The notes under the pieces are model-generated. The model was not told the DNA's origin and ran no database searches. It saw nothing but the letters and a program-made list of their open reading frames with translations. The position numbers and the translations under genes were made by a program. Source: Octopus sinensis (Eukaryota). From it: a DNA stretch of 15,618 nt. Every line of letters starts with the position of its first letter. Position 1 is the stretch's first letter. Below, piece after piece: positions 9,253-15,618 of the stretch. Where the stretch lies: the NCBI RefSeq assembly GCF_006345805.1, contig NW_021825415.1, forward strand, positions 1 to 15,618. The letters are read 5' to 3'.

Positions 9253-9404
9253 CAATCCATTTTTTGAGTAAAATTTATAAATTACCATCCATGTGAGGTT
9301 AGTTTAGTCATAATACCTCCCTCACCACTCAGGCGGACCCAAAGCATAAGAACTATTTAAAAGGTGGTGTAGAGGCGCTTAAAGAAGTGGCGTTAAGAAC
9401 CGCT

Positions 9405-9708
9405 GGTTTTGCCGAACAAATCAATCCTAATACTTGTTTTTTAAAAGTCTGTCGGCCTATTTTAACGGGGAAGTAAATAAACCAACAGTGACTGTCAAGT
9501 GGGGGCAAACACAAAGACACACACACAAACAAACACACGTACATCTGTACTACGAGCTTCCTTGCAATTTTCGTCTACCAAATTCACTCACAAGGTGTTG
9601 GTCAGCTTGGGGTTATGGTAAAAGGCACTTGCTCAAAGGTGCCGCGAAGTGGGACTGAACTCGAGAACCATGTAGTTGTAAAGCGGGCTTCTTAACCACA
9701 CAACCATG
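9405..9708 (-). mobile_element. Old diverged SINE family B copy
   Basis: cgtctaccaaattcactcacaagg, gtgggactgaac and aaccacacaacca are colinear with 5096-5250; an internal (CA) tract is present. Confidence 0.75.
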
Positions 9709-9711
9709 GGT

Positions 9712-10520
9712 TTGAGAAGAAAATAGAAAGACATAATAAAGGAGCGAAAACAGAAAAGAGAGGAAAGAAAGAAGTAAAAATGAGAAAGAAAAAGAAAGAA
9801 AGAAAGAAAGTGAAAGAGGAAGAAAGAAGGAAAAAGGAAAAGAGAAAGAGTGAACAAAAGTGAAAAAAGTAAAGTAAGAAAGGGAGAAGATTGAGAGTAA
9901 CGTGAATAGAAAGAAAGAAAGAATGACTGAATGAATGAGGGAGAGAGACAGAAAAATAATTGAAAATTAAAAGGAATGAGTTAGAAGAAAAGAAAAAAAG
10001 AACGAATTATCTAAAGTGAAAAAAATAAGGTAAGAAAGAAAAGTAAAAAATTGATTGAAAGTAATGTGAAAAGAAAGAAAGAAAGAAAAAATGACAGAAT
10101 GAATAAGAGAGAGAGAAAAAATTGAAAATTAAAAAGAGTGAGTAAGAAGAGAAGATAGAAGAACGAGTGAACGAAAGTGAAAAAATAAGAAAGAAAAGGA
10201 AAAGATTGAGTGAAAGTAACGTGAAAAGAAAAAAAGAAAGAAAAAGGAAAAAAATTTTAAATGAATGACTGAATGAATGAGGGATTAGAGAAAAATTAAA
10301 GAGAGAGAATATTAAAAGAGAGAAAATTAAAAAGAATGATTTAGAAGAAGAGAAAAAAGAGAACGAGTGTACGAAAAGAATTTAGTGTAAGAAAGAAAGC
10401 AAAAAGATTTAGTGAAAGAAACGGTGGAAAGAGAGAATGAACGAAGCCAACATAGACTAAAGTATGCACGGAGAAGAATGTGAGAGAATGAGCGAATATG
10501 AAGGAAAAAGAAGAGAGAAG
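9712..10520 (+). repeat. Polypurine (GA-rich) tract containing a degenerate ~155-200-bp tandem repeat
   Basis: Recurring anchors agtaa(c/t)gtgaa (~9896, ~10060, ~10215) and aatgac(t/a)gaatgaat (~9922, ~10090, ~10264). Confidence 0.75.
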
Positions 10521-10749
10521 TACGGCAAAGAGTTTGAAAGATTGCAATGGAGGACGTTGAGGGAGCAAAGTCGAGTTGGTAGTGGAAGTGGTGGTGGTGG
10601 GAGGTGAAGAAATGATTTACTTTCTTTAGGTTTGTTTGTACTTAGACAAACCAATATGGCGGTACTGTTGTTATTGCTGCTGCTGTTGTTGTTGACGGCA
10701 TTGCTTGCTGTTATTTATTGTTTCGCTTCAAGCCAAGAGTGTTCTGCAA

Positions 10750-11069
10750 GTATGTGTGTGTGTAAGTGCGTGTGTGAGTTATATGCATATACACACACAG
10801 TCACACACACATACAAATATTATGCACACACATACAAATATTATGCACACACAAACACACACATAGAGCTATACATAGAGAGTGGTTCTTAAGCCCGTAT
10901 TCGAACATATTTGGGCATTGGAAAGAAATCCTGACAAGATTAGAGGACACATGCCATAGATCAGTCACGACAAAAGAATACCTTTGGTTACACACACACA
11001 CACACACACACACAACACACACACACACACACACACATACACACACACACACACACACACGTCGGTATT

Positions 11070-11102
<33 letters not shown>

Positions 11103-11666
11103 TACTTATATAAACATAAACATACATAGTCCATATATATATAAATATATACGTGTGTGTGTGTATGTGTGTGTATGTATAACTATGTATGTATATATAT
11201 ATATATATATATAACTGCTGTGTGTGTGCGTATATAGATATATATATGTGTGTGTAAATATACACAAACGTATATAAGTACACATATGTATGTATATAGA
11301 TATCTCAGTGTGTGTACATATATGTATATGTGTGTGTGTTTCCATATCTATATCTCTAACATAAATACATATGGATGTATGCGTGTGTAGACACACACAG
11401 ATATGCACACATTCTCATACAGACACTCAGATACAACACACACACATGTATGTATACAGATACATATACATACACAAACACACTTACACATGCATGTATA
11501 CACATACATATACATGCATACATATATACACACATGCATGTATACACATACGTATATATGCATATATATATACACACACATACAATTATATATATTTATA
11601 TATATAGACACACACATATATATATGTATATACACACACATATATATAATATACGTGCATACTTAC

Positions 11667-11715
<49 letters not shown>

Positions 11716-11730
11716 CAATACACACACATG
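10750..11730. repeat. Microsatellite field (TG, CA, TA, TACA) with a ~110-bp unique island at 10880-10990
   Basis: Direct inspection; includes a 21-bp tandem duplication cacacatacaaatattatgca at ~10806-10847. Confidence 0.9.
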
Positions 11731-11774
11731 TTAAATGTTTACCCAAAGGTGTCTTTCTAGTGTGTAATAACAAG

Positions 11775-11945
11775 TTTTGTTTGTTTTTTTTTTCACGTGT
11801 ATCATTCCTCTTGTTGTTGCTCTTTCTTCTGCTTCTGGCTGCTGTTGTTGTTGTTGTTGTTGTTGTTGCTACTGCTCTCGTTGGACCCCATCAGAATTTT
11901 GTTGTTGTCATCGTCGTCGTCGTTTTTTTTTTGTTTTTTTTTTTG
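11775..11945. repeat. (GTT)n/(GTC)n/T-rich low-complexity tract
   Basis: Direct inspection. Confidence 0.85.
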
Positions 11946-12019
11946 CTATAATTCACCAATCATTGCACTTTGGTGTTTGGTTACCTCGTCTTCACAGTGT
12001 CTGACTTGAAAATATTTCG

Positions 12020-12323
12020 TGCTTAAATCCACTCTTTCTCCCTTTCAGCATTCCGTGGTCGATAAAATAAAGTATCCTCCCCCCCCCCATCACATCTACA
12101 CAACCATGATTGAACTTAATATAGCCGACTGTTCCCCTCCTTCCTCTCTTCACCCCAGTGCCACCTAAAAATGTGGGCTGTCGAGTGTATGTTAATAATT
12201 ATTGCTTAAAATCGCCGGAGCGTTGCGTTGCGCAAAATGCCTTGCGATATTGGTTCTGGCACTTTAAAATTCCTGGTTCAAATCTCATCGGGGGCAACTT
12301 TGCTTTTCCATTTTTCTACGATA
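12020..12323 (+). mobile_element. Two heavily decayed SINE family A-related fragments
   Basis: cctttcagcattccgtggtcgataaaataaagta (12041-12074) and ggttcaaatctcatcgggggcaactttgcttttccat (12275-12311) resemble the family A B box and central domain. Confidence 0.55.
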
Positions 12324-12470
12324 GGTGCGGAGGTGGCTGTGTGGTAAGATGTTTGTTTCCAAACAACATGGTTTCGAGTTCAGTGCCTTCTGCAATAGCT
12401 TCAGGCCGACCAGAGCCTTGTCAGTGGATTTGTCGGGACTGAAAGAAGCCTGTCGTACATATATATATAT

Positions 12471-12688
12471 AATTAATTCAAATAAACAAACAATTAAAAG
12501 AGCAGAGGAAATAAGAAAGAATAAAAAAAACGAACGCGAGGACGTGCACAAGAAATATATTAAGTAGACGCTCGGTGAAGGGAGAGAGTTGTTAACGTTT
12601 CGAGCATAGCTCTTCGTCGGAAAGACGAATGGCCAAAGAGAAAGTGGGGATAAGGAAAAATCGCCAACAATCCACGTTCGGCTACATT
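12471..12688 (-). mobile_element. Penelope-like terminal fragment nested in the SINE (TA)n tract
   Basis: Carries a hammerhead-like motif. Shares tatatta..gacgctcgg and acgtttcgag..tcttcg..gaaag with 15304-15450. Confidence 0.6.
12588..12626 (-). ncRNA. Degenerate minimal hammerhead motif
   Basis: Minus strand reads gtcttt-CCGACGA-a-gagc tat gctc-GAAAC-GTT-aac. Stem II is a perfect 4 bp, stem III is the palindrome ACGT, the core has U4->C, and stem I is weak. Confidence 0.55.
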
Positions 12689-12698
12689 ATACATACAT

Positions 12699-12750
<52 letters not shown>

Positions 12751-12812
12751 TGTGTGTGTGTATGTGTGTGTGTGTGAGTGTGTGTGTGTGATGTATGCAT
12801 ATTATATGTGAG

Positions 12813-12843
<31 letters not shown>

Positions 12844-13112
12844 ATGTGTATGTATATGTTTATATATATATAGGTATATATATGTATATATATATGTGTG
12901 TGTGTGTGTTTTTGTGTCAGTGTGTCCCCCCGCCACCGTTTGACAGCCGGTGTTGGTGAGTTTACGTTGTTGGTACCGCAAAAGCGATCGATAGAATAAG
13001 TACCAGGCTTAACAAAAATGAACAAGTCCTGGGGTCGATTCATTGACCAAAAATTCATTAAGGTGATGCTCCAGTATGGCCGCTGTCAAATGCCGGAAAC
13101 AAGCAAAAGATA

Positions 13113-13251
13113 CATACGACGGGTTTCACCGCTGTTTTCTTCTATCAAACATACGCACAGGACATTGACCACCGATCCGAGTTGCCGCGTAGTGAGACCG
13201 AACCCCCGAAATCACATGGGTGCAGAACGAGGTGTTTAACCACACAGCCAC
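13113..13251 (-). mobile_element. SINE family B 5' half, diverged
   Basis: catacgacggg...gtgagaccgaaccc...aaccacacagccac is colinear with 5543-5699. Confidence 0.7.
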
Positions 13252-13679
13252 TTCTTACATTGTTTTATTGGTCTTTCTTGAGTATAACCAAGTTACGAGC
13301 AACATTTATTTCAAGAGATTTAAGCATTAGGATGGATTATTTCCCTTTTCATTCTTTTTTTTTTTTGCTAAGCCTTAAATTATACAAACAGGCGAAACAG
13401 ACGCTCTGATATCTACAATAGGCAACTCCCAAAATAACACTGGCAAAACATTATCGGCAAAAAGGCTGATGGGTAAATTTGGAGAAGAGGTTAATAATAA
13501 TCGTAAGTAGGGAGAGAGTCATAAAACATGTCATGTGTTTCTTTAGATCGCTATGGACCTTAATGTTGCGATAGACCCATTAGCAATTTGGTCCTATTTT
13601 TATTTCAATCAGCGCTTATTGTGAATGGATATTGGATTCGGAAAAGAACTCTTGCGGGAGGATGTATTATCGACAAGAT

Positions 13680-14220
<541 letters not shown>

Positions 14221-14729
14221 ATGCTTCGCTTCAATATTCATCCCTGTATCTGCGAGTTAATGATCTTTTAGTATTAGAGTTTGCGCTATAATATTGAAAC
14301 ATTAACCGTTTTAAACCTTGCATCCATCCCACCAATGCGTTATTCTCACAAACGAGAACATACTTCAAGCCACGCTTACAAGACAATCTAATTGGTTTTC
14401 CCTCTTTTGTTTTATTTCTCGAGATTGCCTGCGCTTGTGATTGTTGCTAACGTCATGACACACATTATCCCGCTGGCTAATGCACGATGTCACGATATAT
14501 GTTGTTGTCATAAAATGCATTTAATGTCAGCTAATGCACAATGACACGAGAATATGGTGATAATTTGTGCTGAAGTTATCATGTAGTGGCTTTGTTTTAT
14601 TTTCTTAGAGGGGAAAAGGCGTTGGTATATTCAGCGGGAGAAATGAAATAAGGACCAGTATCTTTTATAAGGACAAAGATTGTATTAGGAACAAATTAAT
14701 TGCTAAGCAGATGACTTCTTATTACATTC

Positions 14730-15010
14730 TGGCAGATTAGTACGCAAATATGCTAATCACTGTTGTTTCGTCACAGGAGAACAGCTTTTTCGTCGGCACG
14801 ACTATGCGTTCACAACACACTCAATTCATTAGTACAAGGGATTTTGGGACATCGTTGATTCAGCATGTTGCGTATCGTCAGCAAAAGTACCCGGACAAAT
14901 GAATCTAGCAAGAGCAGATGCTACGAACACGTGGTCGTCGTCATTAGTGAGAAGCTATTCTCCTGTGACGAACGCAACAGCGATTAGCATATTTGCGTTC
15001 GAATCTACTG
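14730..15010. mobile_element. ~280-bp foldback (palindromic) MITE-like element
   Basis: acgcaaatatgctaatcactgttgtttcgtcacaggagaacagctt (14742-14787) matches the reverse complement of 14952-14998, acgcaaatatgctaatcgctgttgcgttcgtcacaggagaatagctt. Weaker symmetry continues toward a centre near 14865. Confidence 0.75.
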
Positions 15011-15032
15011 CAAGATATCAAAAATAAACATA

Positions 15033-15058
15033 GTCGTAGCAGCAGCAGCAGAAGCAGC

Positions 15059-15117
<59 letters not shown>

Positions 15118-15196
15118 CAGCAGTAGTAGTAGTAGTAGTTGTAATAGTAGCAGCTGTAGCAGCAGCAGTGGTAGCGGTAGTATTAATAGTAGTAGT
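15033..15196. repeat. (AGC)n/(AGT)n trinucleotide repeat
   Basis: Direct inspection. Confidence 0.95.
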
Positions 15197-15270
15197 ATAG
15201 GAGTAATGCGCTGTAACAGCGGTCCGGAAATCTGGCGATCGTGAATATAACACACACACACGTGTGTGTG

Positions 15271-15303
<33 letters not shown>

Positions 15304-15306
<3 letters not shown>

Positions 15307-15450
15307 TTCAAATTTACAGAAAACGATGACAGGCGTAGGAACAACAACCTGATATATTAGTTTGACGCTCGGGAAGAATAGCAAAGTCTTACGTTTCGAG
15401 GCTACGTTCTTCGACAGAAAGGATAAGAAAAAAACGGAGAGAGAAAAAGT
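15304..15450 (-). mobile_element. Penelope-like terminal fragment between (GT)n and (TA)n
   Basis: Homologous to 12540-12660 and contains a hammerhead-like motif. Confidence 0.55.
15386..15421 (-). ncRNA. Degenerate minimal hammerhead motif
   Basis: Minus strand reads cttt-CTGTCGA-a-gaac gtag cctc-GAAAC-GTA-agac. The core has A6->U and stem II is damaged. Confidence 0.4.
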
Positions 15451-15468
15451 ATATATATATATATATAC

Positions 15469-15516
<48 letters not shown>

Positions 15517-15583
15517 CGATAGATAGAGAGAGAGAGAGAGAGATGAGAGAGAAGAGAGGAGAGTGAGTGAGAGAGATAGAGAG

Positions 15584-15618
<35 letters not shown>
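15450..15618. repeat. (TA)n/(GA)n microsatellite
   Basis: Direct inspection. Confidence 0.95.

Larger units (their letters stand above)
12324..13112 (+). mobile_element. SINE family B copy split by a nested insertion in its internal microsatellite
   Basis: Head ggtgcggaggtggctgtgtggtaag...ctgaaagaagcctgtcgta at 12324-12457. The 3' half tgtccccc...gatagaataagtaccaggc...aaggtgatgctccagtatggccgc...gaaacaagcaaaaga lies at ~12910-13112. Confidence 0.8.

Noticed and set aside
10652-10662. YY1-like motif caatatggcgg
   Set aside because: A single short match with no other promoter evidence.
10990-11091. (CA)n-spacer-(TG)n inverted microsatellite hairpin (also 15251-15303)
   Set aside because: Real but expected in a genome this rich in microsatellites; no evidence of function.

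Overview
AT-rich, repeat-saturated eukaryotic non-coding DNA (intergenic or intronic). The SINE types and extreme (TA)n/(CA)n/(GATA)n density suggest a mollusc, probably octopus (inference). No intact protein-coding gene is supported; most listed ORFs are microsatellite or SINE artefacts. The window is a nested mosaic of three tRNA-headed SINE families (here called A, B and C), two small mariner-type TIR elements, a decayed pogo/Tigger-like transposon with two SINEs inside it, and a ~280-bp foldback element. It also holds several Penelope-like fragments sitting in microsatellites. The most notable signal is four minimal type I hammerhead-ribozyme-like motifs in those fragments: one with an intact catalytic core (1233-1284, minus strand) and three with single core substitutions.
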